A stretch of DNA of 64,000 nt from contig CM097885.1 in NCBI GenBank assembly GCA_044892525.1, positions 44,146,001 to 44,210,000 on the forward strand. Direction: 5' to 3'. The DNA comes from Schmidtea polychroa (taxonomy: Eukaryota). The notes beneath the pieces were generated by a model. It did not search any database and was not told where the DNA came from. It saw only the letters and a list, made by a program, of their open reading frames with translations. Shown piece after piece: positions 1 to 12,429 of the stretch. The first letter of the stretch is position 1. Each line of letters starts with the position of its first letter. The translations under genes were made by a program, and so were the position numbers.

Positions 1-8
1 AATTAGAG

Positions 9-2291
9 ATGGTAGATACAACAGCCCAAATGGAAGCGATCAACAAGAGACTCAGTGAAATGGAGATACCCAATTTCCAGGGAAAATATAATGGCGAAAA
101 ATACGACGGAAAACCGAACAAACTATCAAACTTTATCAAACATTTTGAATCTTATTGCGATGCTCTAAAATGGACAAACGAAATGATAGTGAGAAGACTC
201 CCACTATATCTAGCAGACGACGCGTTTAATTGGTACGTCGGAATAAAAGAGTGTACAACCCCACTAAAAACCTGGAAAGAAGTTAAGGAAGCTCTGATAA
301 AAACATTTGGAGAAGCAAAAGATGCACAATACAAATTTCTAGAATTCTTCAATCGAGGACAAGCAGTGAATGAATCAAATATACTGTACGCAAGCGCACT
401 AAGACATCTAGCCAAACTGCTATTCAGTGAAAAGGATATGGAAACACAACTAGTAACCCAATTTGTAAAAGGATTGCGACGAGATGACATTAAAGGTGTA
501 GTAGGATGCAAAATCTGCAAGACGCTGGACGAAGCAGTAGAGGCAGCGAATGTAAGCGAAATGTACACCAAAGTAACACAACCACCAAGTAGGAGGCACA
601 TCGCAGATAATCAACCTCAACACCACAGACAGTGGAGTCATAACAACAATAATCAAAGAAACGACAATTACAATGAAAGCAAGAGGTTGAATAATAGAAA
701 CATTGAAAAATTTTGTGATGACTGCAAGAGACAAGGACACTGGCTCGATGAATGTCATGGACAAAGAAGATGTTGGAATTGCGGTAAGAAAGGACATACC
801 GCAGTAAGATGTGGAGTATCCAAAAAATGTTTCTCGTGCGGACAAGGAGACCATCTAGCAGTTGCATGTACGAATAAAAGAAACCAACAACGGAGTGACA
901 ATAAGGATACGTCAGCAAAGCAACTAGCTGAAATGCAAAATCAAATAACAATTCTCACAGGACTGTGCAGTAACATGATCGATTATCAGTTTCAAGCGGA
1001 AGGAAAACAACAATCAAGAATAAATGTATTACAATGTGTGGGAGGCACATTACAAATTCAAAATATCCGAACAAAACAACAACGAGAATGGAATACCTTA
1101 CAGATCGCGGAAGCACGAGAAGCGGAAGAAAGATGGAGTAAACGAAAAGAACCTCAGGCAAGAAGAGAAGAAAAATATTGGAAAACGAGAAAGGAAGAAC
1201 TTTTAAAATTGGATATAATGAGACTAACCACCAACGACAACCAGAGGGAAAAGATAAAAGGAATATGGGAAAGAGAACAAAAAAGAGTAATACAAATCAA
1301 TATGATGAGAATGATAACGAGCAACGAAATAGATTTACAAAAAATTCCGGACTCAAGGATCGAAAGCGAAATAATTGAAAAACTGGAACAGGTAATATTA
1401 GACCATCAAAACATCAAAACATTTGAGGACAATCAGAGAGATTATACCGGCATCGATAGTCAGGTTGGAATTGCAGTAATCCCGGAAAAGCGCGAATCGA
1501 AGAATGGCGAAAATCACGAAAAAGGAAATAATGAAAAAACGCAAGAAAAGTACCATGACATAAACACGTTAAAAATTGAAAGCGGGTGCGAACCAGATAT
1601 CGAATGGGACGCGAGTACAAACAATTACTGGAACAAATACCAACCACAAGGACACAATGAGCGCTATCGGTTCTTCGATAAGACGTATGGGAATTGTCAG
1701 AAAAATGAGCACAGAAAAAATAAATATCGCCGCATAAAGAGGTGTTACGAATGTAAAAGAACTGGACATTTAGTCAATAACTGTCCGAATGGGACAAACC
1801 CAGTGAGAGATCAGTCACGAGAATACGTCACAGAACAGAACAATAAAAAATATGTCGAAAACAGAATTTATCAGCCAGAAATTAGAAAACACCAATCTCC
1901 AATGCTAATAAAACAACAGTCGACAAATGTACAGAGACGGACAAATGACGTGAAGGAACAGGTGAAACCCAACGCATACGAGGAATTGAGAAGACAATGT
2001 GTGGAACAGTGCAGGTTAATAATGGAACTAGTTATAAAAGAAACGAGACAGGATGAATTGATAATGATATGGAGAAAGGTTGCAGAAAACAGAACAAGAG
2101 AAAATGAAGTACTCAAGACAACGATACTCCGAATAAAAGAAGAAGCAAGGTCAGCCGAATTAAGAATCAATGAAATAACGAGTAATCAAGAAAAATGTAA
2201 AGATATGGCAGAAGAGACACAAATGATGACAGCCAAGGAAAAGCAGAAGGGTAGTCCAAAGGATGTAGTGGAAATTAACGTGGAAGTGTAG
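9..2291 (+). CDS. gag: Retrotransposon Gag-like protein (760 aa) with four CCHC zinc knuckles
   Basis: Capsid-like N-terminus (FIKHFESYCDALKW...LPLYLADDAFNWY...QFVKGL) and CX2CX4HX4C knuckles CDDCKRQGHWLDEC, CWNCGKKGHTAVRC, CFSCGQGDHLAVAC, CYECKRTGHLVNNC. No protease/RT/RNase H ORF follows. Confidence 0.9.
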   Translation: MVDTTAQMEAINKRLSEMEIPNFQGKYNGEKYDGKPNKLSNFIKHFESYCDALKWTNEMIVRRLPLYLADDAFNWYVGIKECTTPLKTWKEVKEALIKTFGEAKDAQYKFLEFFNRGQAVNESNILYASALRHLAKLLFSEKDMETQLVTQFVKGLRRDDIKGVVGCKICKTLDEAVEAANVSEMYTKVTQPPSRRHIADNQPQHHRQWSHNNNNQRNDNYNESKRLNNRNIEKFCDDCKRQGHWLDECHGQRRCWNCGKKGHTAVRCGVSKKCFSCGQGDHLAVACTNKRNQQRSDNKDTSAKQLAEMQNQITILTGLCSNMIDYQFQAEGKQQSRINVLQCVGGTLQIQNIRTKQQREWNTLQIAEAREAEERWSKRKEPQARREEKYWKTRKEELLKLDIMRLTTNDNQREKIKGIWEREQKRVIQINMMRMITSNEIDLQKIPDSRIESEIIEKLEQVILDHQNIKTFEDNQRDYTGIDSQVGIAVIPEKRESKNGENHEKGNNEKTQEKYHDINTLKIESGCEPDIEWDASTNNYWNKYQPQGHNERYRFFDKTYGNCQKNEHRKNKYRRIKRCYECKRTGHLVNNCPNGTNPVRDQSREYVTEQNNKKYVENRIYQPEIRKHQSPMLIKQQSTNVQRRTNDVKEQVKPNAYEELRRQCVEQCRLIMELVIKETRQDELIMIWRKVAENRTRENEVLKTTILRIKEEARSAELRINEITSNQEKCKDMAEETQMMTAKEKQKGSPKDVVEINVEV

Positions 2292-3308
2292 ATGAAAATA
2301 GTAAAAAGGAAGTGAACATATGTAAAAATTGATGTATAAATAGCAAACTAAATGTACTAGATTTATAGGTATAAATTGATGTATAATGTGGCAAAAGATC
2401 GATGTATAAATAGAAATGGATCAAGTAATCAGTTGGGAAAAATACAAATTTTGAACCCTTACAATGGTAAAGGAGAACAGAGACTCAAATGAGAAGAAAG
2501 AATATAAATCCAGAAGAAAGATAAAGATGCAAACCTAGAAAGAATGAGTTAAACGAATATCTAAAAATAATACCTAATTTCGAACCCTAAACAAAGAACG
2601 GTAAAAGATCCTGATAAATGAGACGAAAGTCACAGACCCAGTGACATTAGAAACTTAATCAAATCAAGCGAACTTAGACCAAAATCGAAAATAATTCAAG
2701 TTACCCACTAGAGGAAGAAAACCCCTTAATAAGAGCAATACCGTAAACAAAACCACCAAGAAAAACCAAAAGAAAAATCAATGTGTCAAATCACCCAGTT
2801 GAACAAAAGTTCCGAAAACCCTGGAGCAATACCATCAAATGATCCAGAAAATCAGAATCCCAACCTAAAAATCCAAAGAGAATATGGGAAAACAGTCAAA
2901 CCCCGATAGAGAGAATCCTATGATCTTCAGTAAGTATTACGAGCTAATTATGAAAATCAACAACAGGAATCAAACATGCCTACAAAACCCAGCCGAAAGA
3001 TTGAAAACCGAACCCAGAAAAGATAAGAAACAACCAACTGAAGAATTGATCCAGAAATAAAACTTTTGCATATGACTCGTACTTGAGTTTGGACACTGTA
3101 TCAGTATGTATGTGTATTATGACCAGTCACTGTATGTGGCAACTGCTTGAATTTGAGCTTAGACCTTTTTCTGCTAATTGAATTCTAACATGTCTTAAAC
3201 TATTATAGTATGTTTATAGGTTAATGGGAATGTAATAGACTATGACCTGGGAAATTCATATGTCTAACAGAATTGCGCGACGCAATTTTAACGGGTCCCG
3301 GAGTGATT

Positions 3309-3980
3309 TGTTGGGCTGAAAACGAGAACTGAGAGTTTGTTTTAATCGATCGAAAATACCTAACACAAAAACCGCAAAGTTGAAAAAATTTATGACCAAG
3401 GTTTAATTTAAAATAAATAAAATAAACTACATTACACATTAAGAATCAATAAACCCCGTATAATAGAATAAAGAGATAAATAAATTTAACAGAAAATTCA
3501 ACACTTAAAAATTTAAATAGAAAAATAATAAAATAGAAAATGGAATTAGTTGAAAATTATTTAAACAATATAAAAATTAAATCGTCAAAAATAATAAAAT
3601 TAATTAGCATTATGTAAATTGTAAAGTTTATAGAATTAAATGGTTATTTAACTTATTAAATTTAAAGAATAAAAATGTTTAAATTAATAAAAATTAATAT
3701 AACTCAAATTAGTTAAATTATAAAATTTGTAAAATTAAAATTAATAAAAATTAAATAAGAAATTAATTAAATTTATGAAATTAAAACAAATAAATAATTA
3801 CACACATTCATGCATGTGTGCAAAATCAATTCAATAATTCTCGCACTCTGATTGGATAGAGTACGCATTCAAAATCAGTATAAATACTGATCACAAATTC
3901 AATTGAAAGACACACTCTCTCACTTTTTCCAACATAGCCACTTAATTTGCAGAACTCTCAGTTTCGATTTTATGCCAACG
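3309..3980 (+). repeat. 3' LTR
   Basis: Starts tgttgggctgaaaacgagaactgagagtt. An imperfect ~28-bp inverted copy ends at 3980 (aactctcagtttcgattttatgccaacg); an alternative end is CCAACA at 3934. AT-rich U3, reverse CCAAT box (ctgattgg ~3848) and TATAAA (~3878). Confidence 0.6.
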
Positions 3981-4920
3981 TGGATGTGGTAATTTATTTG
4001 TTGTTGTTTTCTGTAATTTTTATGGAATATTTTAATTAATAAATTTTATATGCTATTAATGTTTCGGTTAAATTTTCTTTAGTGATCCTTTTTAATGGTT
4101 TAAATTCATTTATTCTAAATCATAGTTTTTATTGAATTCAATTATATTATTTGTTGATTGTGTCGATGGTCTGGGCTGGGGAAAAGTTTGTGGACGGGCG
4201 GCACTACGTGCTGTTGGTCGGCAGATATTTCGCCGGTTGAGTCCATCGAGTTAGCGGACAGTGATAGTGATAGGAATGATTAGGGAGTGTAGTGTCATTT
4301 TAGGCCGTTGAGGATTATATTTAGATTTAGATAATGCAGGTGGCTTAGTCACCTTTATTTTTTTATATAAGTGAGTTGGGAGCGAAGATGGAATAGGTTG
4401 AGACCAGTTGAAGATGGATAAAGTTAGATTTATGTAATTTTTCCGACAGCTCAGGATTAGAAACACAGGCAGATCCCTGCTCAAAATCTTTGAAGAACAA
4501 TTTAAATATTATGGCAAGTGTGGATTAACTTGAAAATAAGGGCCAATCCCTGCGCAAATTTTTCAAAGGATAATTTAAATATTGTAGGAAGTGTAGAACA
4601 ATAATTACTAGCTGGGAAATAAGGACGGATCCCTGCACAAAATTTTATAAGAGAACAATTAGAAATACCCGTAATTGAGGACCAACAACGATCCAAAAAT
4701 AGCATATATAGTGAATAAGGACGTAAGACCTTCTATCGGCAGTCTAGAACCCGAAAAGAAAATCCAATGGGGAGTAGTTTTAGTAATAGAGCTCACCTGC
4801 TCATTGTTTTTTCACCTTTGTGTACAGTACCAACATGGTCGTCGCCATGGGTACACAAATGGTTTAAATTGCAATAGTCATGGAGGTGCTTAGGAAAGAG
4901 TCGAACGATTATGATTACCC

Positions 4921-6079
4921 CTAACGTATTTTAAATTGTAAAAAGGACACACCCCTAAGTAACCAACACTTGCTATAATTTTCAGTTTTACAATCAGCGA
5001 ATAACCAGCAAGCTTGGCAATGCATTTTTTGATTTGTTGGTGAATAGACAAGCCAAGTTCTTTCCTCCTTCATACTACCTTTTCCAAAAGATTTTGTGTA
5101 CCAAGAAATTTTAAACTTGCGCCCCAATTCATCTGTCGGAAATTGAAATGGTTCATTGAGTCCAGGTTGACATGGTCCGATTTCAAACAATTTTCGTATC
5201 AGTTTCGAGCTTATACTTGTATTAATGTAGAGTCCTGGATCTGTAGGAAAGTCGGATTGAGGAAGCAGTGGTTCTTGTAAAATATCTAAAGCAAGTTGTT
5301 TTTCCACTGTATCAAATTCTGAATCACCTTGATTATGTTTCAAGCCCTGAGCAGGTAATGTTACCGTCTCAATATTCTCTGCACATGAATGTATAGCTGG
5401 GTGTTGTTCATCAACTACTTCCTCATCTTCAACAAGAACTTCAGATGATGTTTCTGTCTCAGCAGGCTCAGCACTGGAACTCGAACGCGTAGATGGGTGT
5501 TGATCATCAAATACATGCTCATTTTTAGCAGAAACTTCAGTTGATTGAACTACTGGCAGTTAAGACTGTTTAGTTATTAATGATGTTAACTTAATATATT
5601 TGCTAGCATCTGCCTTGAGACTGGCTTCCTTTGCCAATTTACGCCTAGATGATCCACTTAATTTGGTAATTGCTTTGCTTTTATTAGTATCACCAGCAGA
5701 CTCAGCCATGGCTATAATTTAAATTTTATTTTAATTCAATATTGAATATTATTTTAATATTTCAATGGTAACGCAATAATTTGTTTGTCAAAAAAGTCCA
5801 AATTGACAATAATTATTATGGTTAGATTTATGTACAAACACTATACAAGCTTAAAAACTTCAAACAGTCGCTCTTCACTGGAGCTATGTAATATTATTAA
5901 TATGATGCAGTATAACAGCTGGAGTTGCTAAGATCCAGTTGAACTTTGTACACAGACAAAACTGTAATAAGAGAAAAAATTCATAAAATTATCTTTGGGG
6001 GGGGGCGCCAATTAGGATTCAACAGGGGCGTGGAGGGCGACTCGCCCCAACCCCATGCCTATAGCTAAATCCGCTACTG
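4921..6079 (-). mobile_element. 5' part of a truncated hAT element (ZMYM1/TTF-type zinc-finger transposase pseudogene)
   Basis: Terminus CAGTAGCGGATTTAG at 6079. ATG at 5709, in-frame stop ~5560, then DPG...GPCQP...FP....RKFKISWY...RTWLVYSPTNQKMHCQACWLF (TTF-type finger). No catalytic core seen. Confidence 0.75.
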
Positions 6080-6081
6080 CT

Positions 6082-6823
6082 TATATTGTCTTTCACAACT
6101 TGAGGAGTTTTGACTTACATCATGCTTTGAAATTTATGTCTTACTAATTTTCCATCGTGAGAGTTGAATATTAGTCCTACGACCATTGAAAATTTATATC
6201 ATTAATATCTTATAATAAAAAAAATTGCCTGTTTGTTTTATTAATAGTATGGAATTTGTTAATTGTTCTTTGGCAAAGGTTGTAAAAACTGTCAGATGTT
6301 CCTTTGACTTCATCTGCTTTCAAAGGTTCTATTATGAATTGTAAAAGTATTTTTCATTTTAATTTTGCTACTTCTTTAGAAGTCCTTGAATCTACCTTTG
6401 AATTGCTTCCAATTTTGGATGGTGTTATGGCAGATGAATATGCTAATACTTAATTAATTTGGAATCAGCAGAATTGTAATAATCTGTTGGAATATATTAT
6501 AACTTATTTTAAATTAGATGTATTTCCTTTGGCTGATTATTTCCAACAATTCCGATACATTGGACAGTCAGTACTAGATTTGTCTAAACTGCACATGTAC
6601 CAACTTTGATATATTGAATTGGACACGTATAAGCGTGAGTTTAATTGTAAAATTAATATTGTTGCCAGAGATACCGACTCTTTCTTTTTAGAAATTTAAA
6701 AACTGTAAATTAGATAAATTATTAGCGGCAATGATTAAATTCAATCTGCTTGTCACGTCCAATTATGAATCTGAACATCCTTTATACTCTAAAAAACTTG
6801 ACTCTGTTATCGGTAAGTTTAAA
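6082..6823 (+). pseudogene. Degenerate protein-primed family B DNA polymerase (Polinton/Maverick type)
   Basis: Manual translation across stops and frameshifts gives YIVFHNLRSFDLHH, FINSMEFVNCSLAKVVK, YFKLDVFPLADYFQQFR, YIGQSVLDLSKLHMYQL*Y, ARDTDSFFLEI and TSNYESEHPLYSKKLDSVIGKFK, in the order of pPolB motifs with large internal deletions. Confidence 0.8.
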
Positions 6824-7035
6824 CTTTTTTGTAGGGAAATCTTGATTTAAAAAATTTTGTCATAAAAAGTTATGAAATTTGATTTGAGAAATTTATTTTG
6901 GGGATTTTTTGAGTTGGAAAGATTTTTCTTGTAAATATCTTGTATATTTCCTATACGGTTGATTTCCTATAATATGGGAATTTTCTAGAATATTCTATGT
7001 TGTTTTAGAGACTTTATTAACTAATTCCTATTTAT

Positions 7036-7867
7036 TGTTAGGCTAAGAACTGATGGGCTGATATCTCAGTGAGTTCAAACCGCCATATAAAATTACTAAA
7101 TAGGAATTAAGTTAGGTGGGGAATTAGCCAAGTAGAGACAAGTAGAGTAAAGAGTGAGATGAGAGAACTGATAATCTGAAATAAAAAAATAACAGAAAAA
7201 TTAATAAAAATCCTAAGTAATTACTCCTAAGAAAGAAAAATAAAGAAAAATAATAGTCATAAAAGGAAGAAATAACGAGAAAATTAAAATAATAATAGCA
7301 AACCCAAAAAATAGAAATAATAATTAAAGAAAAATAAGTAAAGTATAAAATCACGAGAAAATACCCCCAAAACCAACAAAAGAAAAGAAAATAAGAATAT
7401 TAAAATTATTTATTAATAAAATCACTAAAAATAATAAAGAAAACATAAGAAAAGAATAAAAAAGAGAAAAAACGAGAAAAAACACAATAGTACAACCTTA
7501 CTGGATTATGATTGGACAGAATCCAGTATATAAGAAAATAGAGCGTCTATTTCCCCCAGTTTTTAATTTTACAATTTAGGTAAGGAATAGAGTAAATTAG
7601 TTCAGTTTTTAATTTTACAATTTAGCCACAACATCTTAAGATCGAATCCATTCAATATAACCATCGACCAGGACAACAATTCTCAATAGATAACATTAAC
7701 CTTATTGCGGATATCACTGACGACTTATCAACTTAAGAAGTATTGGAAATGTAAAATTTTATTTTGTTTGCTATATATTTATGTATTAGTTCATATTACT
7801 TGATATTATATGTTAATGGTAAAAATTAAACTTTCATAAACGATTCTCTTTTCTTTTGACTATAACA
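7036..7867 (+). mobile_element. Solo LTR (832 bp)
   Basis: TGTTA...TAACA termini with a perfect 5-bp TSD tttat (7031-7035 / 7868-7872). A-rich U3, tgattgg (reverse CCAAT) and TATATAA at ~7510-7533. Confidence 0.75.
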
Positions 7868-9859
7868 TTTATTTAATAACGATATGATAATGCAATTTTC
7901 ATATATTTGGATGGATGACTAGAATGTGAAATGCAGAGATCAGAGAAAATTTTACGATATCGATTGAAGGAGGTGGGTTGATTTGCCTTGTTAGTACCCG
8001 ATTTGAAGAAAATTGAAGCAGATTTTGATAAAATTATATCCCAAGTCATTTGCGAATTTCAGAGCTAACCGAGAAGAAATGAGATGTAGGATAGCGATGA
8101 TGTAGCGGTAGGAATTGCCTGGATTACGATGAGGATTGAATATGAACCGACTAACCAGTTGGAAGGGAATCAGAAAATATAATTGATGTATAAATGGACA
8201 ACGAGATAATAGAGAATATGACATTGAAATTTGAGGCTCGATTTGGTGTATGAGATGGTTAGCTGGGGAAGATAGAAGTGTTTAATTCCGAGATATGATT
8301 TTGTAGAGATAGCTTTAGGGAAGGTAATTGAAAAGGATGTGATTGTCATGAGGTAGCGGTAGGGTGAAATAAAATTGTGGTGGTAAGAATGAGTGAGAAA
8401 CTCGAATCCAATCAATCTAGATTCATCATTATAAATATCAATTTTTGTAACAATTATGCTTACTTTAATTTCATATCTTTTTATAATATGTGTTGATGAG
8501 ATTAGCTAGAAGGACGTCTGGAACTGTTGATACTTGTATCGATAGGGCACAGATCGTCTTGCTGGATGATTGCTCACAGGAGTGGATAACGACAAAGTGG
8601 GGATTAAGATGAATTAGGCAGATCGAGAGTAGTGAACAGTTCTCTGGCTCAGTATTGGCAACGAGAGTAGTATCAGTGGTGATAAAATCCGTCCAGATTG
8701 TCTGCAATTAAGGAGAGAGAGTTCCGTTCGATTATACAACACGTATCATGAGGAGAATTCGTTTTCTTTTTTTCTCATCATTTATTTCGTAGAAAGAGAA
8801 CTTTCTGTAGCACATCGTAGACTCGTGGGTTTAATCGCCGATCGTTCTGAATCTGCTCTTTAAGAGATGTTGATCGCCAACTAGTTAATGGACGTCGCGA
8901 CAGAATTACCTGAACATCATATCACAATCCACCAACGTAGAACTGAAATCCTGGTCATTGTTAGAGATCACCAATAATCCGATCAATTAATAAATAATAT
9001 TATTTTCGAAGACGCAAGTCGTCACTCTCAGGGAACATGCAATATTTTCTTACAATAGGTATGAAATAAGTGGGCACAAAGGATCCTGGTTGTCCTCATC
9101 ATCGCAGGTGTAACTGCAATAGAAATTTGAATCCTACTAGAATAGATAATTTAAATTTATTAACAAAAAGTTGGAATAAAATTCCGTGTTTGAGAATTAA
9201 AATTTTTTAATGTAAATTTTAATGGAATAATTTTAAAGATAATTTTTAATAGAAATTTTTATGAAATATTTTTCAAAGTCTATTTTAGATGGAAATTTTT
9301 ATGAAATATTTTTCAATGTTAATTTTAGATTCAAATCTTGGTCAATTAATCATTCACCACATGAAATTAATGGTTAAATATGTAAATATAGGTTATATTT
9401 GGTTGTTAAGTAAATTATGGTAAAAAATTTTAAATTAAGTAATACAAGGATAAATAGGTAAATTAAGAATAATTAAGTAAATTATGGGTTCAAAATTTTA
9501 AATTAAAGTTAAATAAGTAAATTAAAGTAATAATTTTTAAATAAGTAAATTAAATTAATGTAAGATTTTTAAATTTATTAACAAAAAGTTAGAATAATAG
9601 TCAGTGTTTGAGAAATAAAAATTTAAAATGAAAATTAATTAAAAAAAAATTAATTAAATGAAAATTAAATTAAATTTAAATAGAAATTTTTATGGAATAA
9701 TTTTTTAAGCTAATTTTTAATGAAAATTTTAATGAAATATTTTAAAAGTCAAATTTAAATGAAAGTTTTTAAAGTCAATTTTTATTAGAAATTTTAATGG
9801 ATTAATTTTCAAAGACAAATTTAGATGCAAATTTCAATGATAATAAAAATATTAATAAA

Positions 9860-9897
9860 AATAATAATAAAAAATAATAATAAAAAATGATAATAAA

Positions 9898-9977
<80 letters not shown>

Positions 9978-10023
9978 TAATAATAATAATAATATTATAA
10001 ATAAATATAATAATAATCATAAT
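9860..10023. repeat. (AAT)n microsatellite
   Basis: Long near-perfect aat run. Confidence 0.95.
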
Positions 10024-12429
10024 AAAACATTTATTCCCACACCATAGTCTGAGAAATCCTTGGCTATTTTAGTGAGGACCCTTTTTTGTATTGAAATTCT
10101 CAGGTTCCATCGAGAGCTCCTCACCATAGTCTGAAAATCTTGGCCTTTTTTCTATAGGACCTATCTAAATGTATTGAAAAAAACATGTGTAGCCTACTGC
10201 ATCAATGGCCTTTTTTCTATAGGGCCTATCTAAATCTATTGAAAAAAAACATTGGAGCATACTGCAATAATACGTAATCAAAAAGCAGAAAATAATTTCT
10301 GGAGCAATGGGATGTGCCCCCTTGAATTTTCTAAACCAATCTATTTTTCGATTAATTTAAACACATTTTAATAGATGCGCTCAAATAATGTTGGAAAAAC
10401 CCAAGGCAAAAAAAAATTAATAAAAAAATTTTATTTAAAGAGGCTTCCTATTTTTTTTAATGTTATTAATTATATTTGGAAATCAATGATTTCAAATCAT
10501 CTTATTTGTATAAAAACTTTCAATATTAACTGACGTTTTAAAAAGTGTTCTATTTTGTATAATGCCCAAAATATTTATTATACACATGCATTTCTTTTCA
10601 ACTTTCTTCCCTCCTAGAAAAATTGTCTACTTGGTAAAAAAAATATTTTTGCCCCCCTTTGAAAAAATTCTTGCGAACTCCCATGGCGAACTCACACTAA
10701 TTATACAATTTTCATTTTATATCCCCCATAAGAAATATGGAAAAAAGAGCAGTTTATGAAGAAGTCAAAAGCCAGTGCAGTTTAGTGTGGCTACGTTTTT
10801 TGGGTGAGAAAAATGGAAAGTAAGCAAAATGTAAGATTGAGAGATGTGGTACTATTATCAAGACTTTAGGGGGATCGACAAGTGGTTTACACACACATTT
10901 GAAAACAAAACATAAAATCAACACAAAGAAAACACCCAGGTCTGAGGAAAATGTTGAACAACCGCCAACAGTAATTAAAAAAACAAAGATCACAGACTAT
11001 ATGATTGACAGAAAAAATAAAACGATGGAAGAAGTGTGCAAAATTAGCTGCAACAGATGGACTTTCATTTAAAGTTATTGCCACATCTCAGGAAATTCGA
11101 AACGGTTTTATGCCAAGAGGATTTAAAAACATTCCGAAACATCCAGGAACTATTAAAAATATGATAACTATGATGACTATGACTATTCTAATCCGATTCG
11201 GGAAAATATATCAATGGAAATACTTGAGTTGAAGTCAAATGAGAAGTTTAGCATCTGCTTCGATGAATACACTTCTATAAAGAACAGAAAATATCTCAAC
11301 ATTATTTAATTCGGAAGCCAAAGTTTTGGAATATTGGTCTGGTTCGAATTAAAGAAAATTTGACGACAGACAAATATTTGGATCTTGTTACCACACGTCT
11401 TGCAGATTTCGAATTACGTTTAGATTATGACGTAGAGTCAATGGAACTACTGTAATGAAGAGACTTGGTACCCCAGTACCGTACTATCAAAACTTGTGCC
11501 TAGCCCATGGTATACAATTAGCATTTATTGGCGTTTTGTATAAGAAATGAACTTATGATAGCTGCGATCCTACAGATTATGAAGCAGACGTTTCTGATTC
11601 AGAGAATGAAGAAAATAACGACAATGATGAGGATAATTCATATATTATTGATAAAGAGCAAGAATTCCTACCAGAACTAACATATATGAACAATTTCAAC
11701 GAAACAATAAAAATAGTAAGACGAATAATTAATATATTTAGGCGATCTCCAACAAAAATGATATTTTACAACAATATTGCGTCAAAGAACATGGTATAGC
11801 TTCTTCTGGATTCCAAGACTCACTGGAACTCAATTATATTAATGCTTGAACGATTTTATTTGCTAAAAATTGCATTAAGAAATCGTTGATTAACCTTCAT
11901 AGCTACATAGAGTTAAGTGACTTAGATATTGAAATAATACCAACTGCAATAAAAGCTCTATCACCAGTTAATTCCGCAGTGAATGTTTTATTCAAAAGTG
12001 AAGCAAATCTTTAACTGCAGATGCGACATTGTCATTTACCATCAATAGCTTGCATAATGATAATGCGTTATCCATGGCTCTAAAAGGAAGTCTCACACGT
12101 CGAATTTCAGAACGTCTGATAGTTTAATTAGTGTCTTGGATTATTTACATTTTGGAAGGAAAATCTCAAAAAATGTTATTTTTCCTAAAGCTTCTCAACA
12201 AACGATATTAAATATCGTCTCAAATCTCTTGGAACGCTTTGTTAGGTTCTGATCTGGTGGAATAGATATTTCCTAACACAGACTGATATATCTGACTCCA
12301 AAGATATATAATATATGTGCGTGTAATAAATAAAAATATGAAATAACGGAGATAAGATATTTTTCAAAAGATTTATTCAATGTGCACAATATAATTAATA
12401 CATCAAAAAATGACACTGATCCTATAAAG

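Larger units (their letters stand above)
1..3980 (+). mobile_element. 3' portion of a non-autonomous (gag-only) LTR retrotransposon
   Basis: gag ORF, then ~1 kb of decayed A-rich sequence, then an LTR-like unit starting TGTTGG at 3309. The 5' LTR lies outside the window. Confidence 0.65.

Noticed and set aside
152..2170. Minus-strand and alternate-frame ORFs overlapping gag
   Set aside because: Shadows of the real gag frame. The same applies to antisense ORFs over the hAT transposases, GYS and SORD exons.
9802..10020. Poly-Ile/Leu/Asn ORFs (also 41188, 47237-48103, 49619, 62551)
   Set aside because: Microsatellite or low-complexity artefacts.
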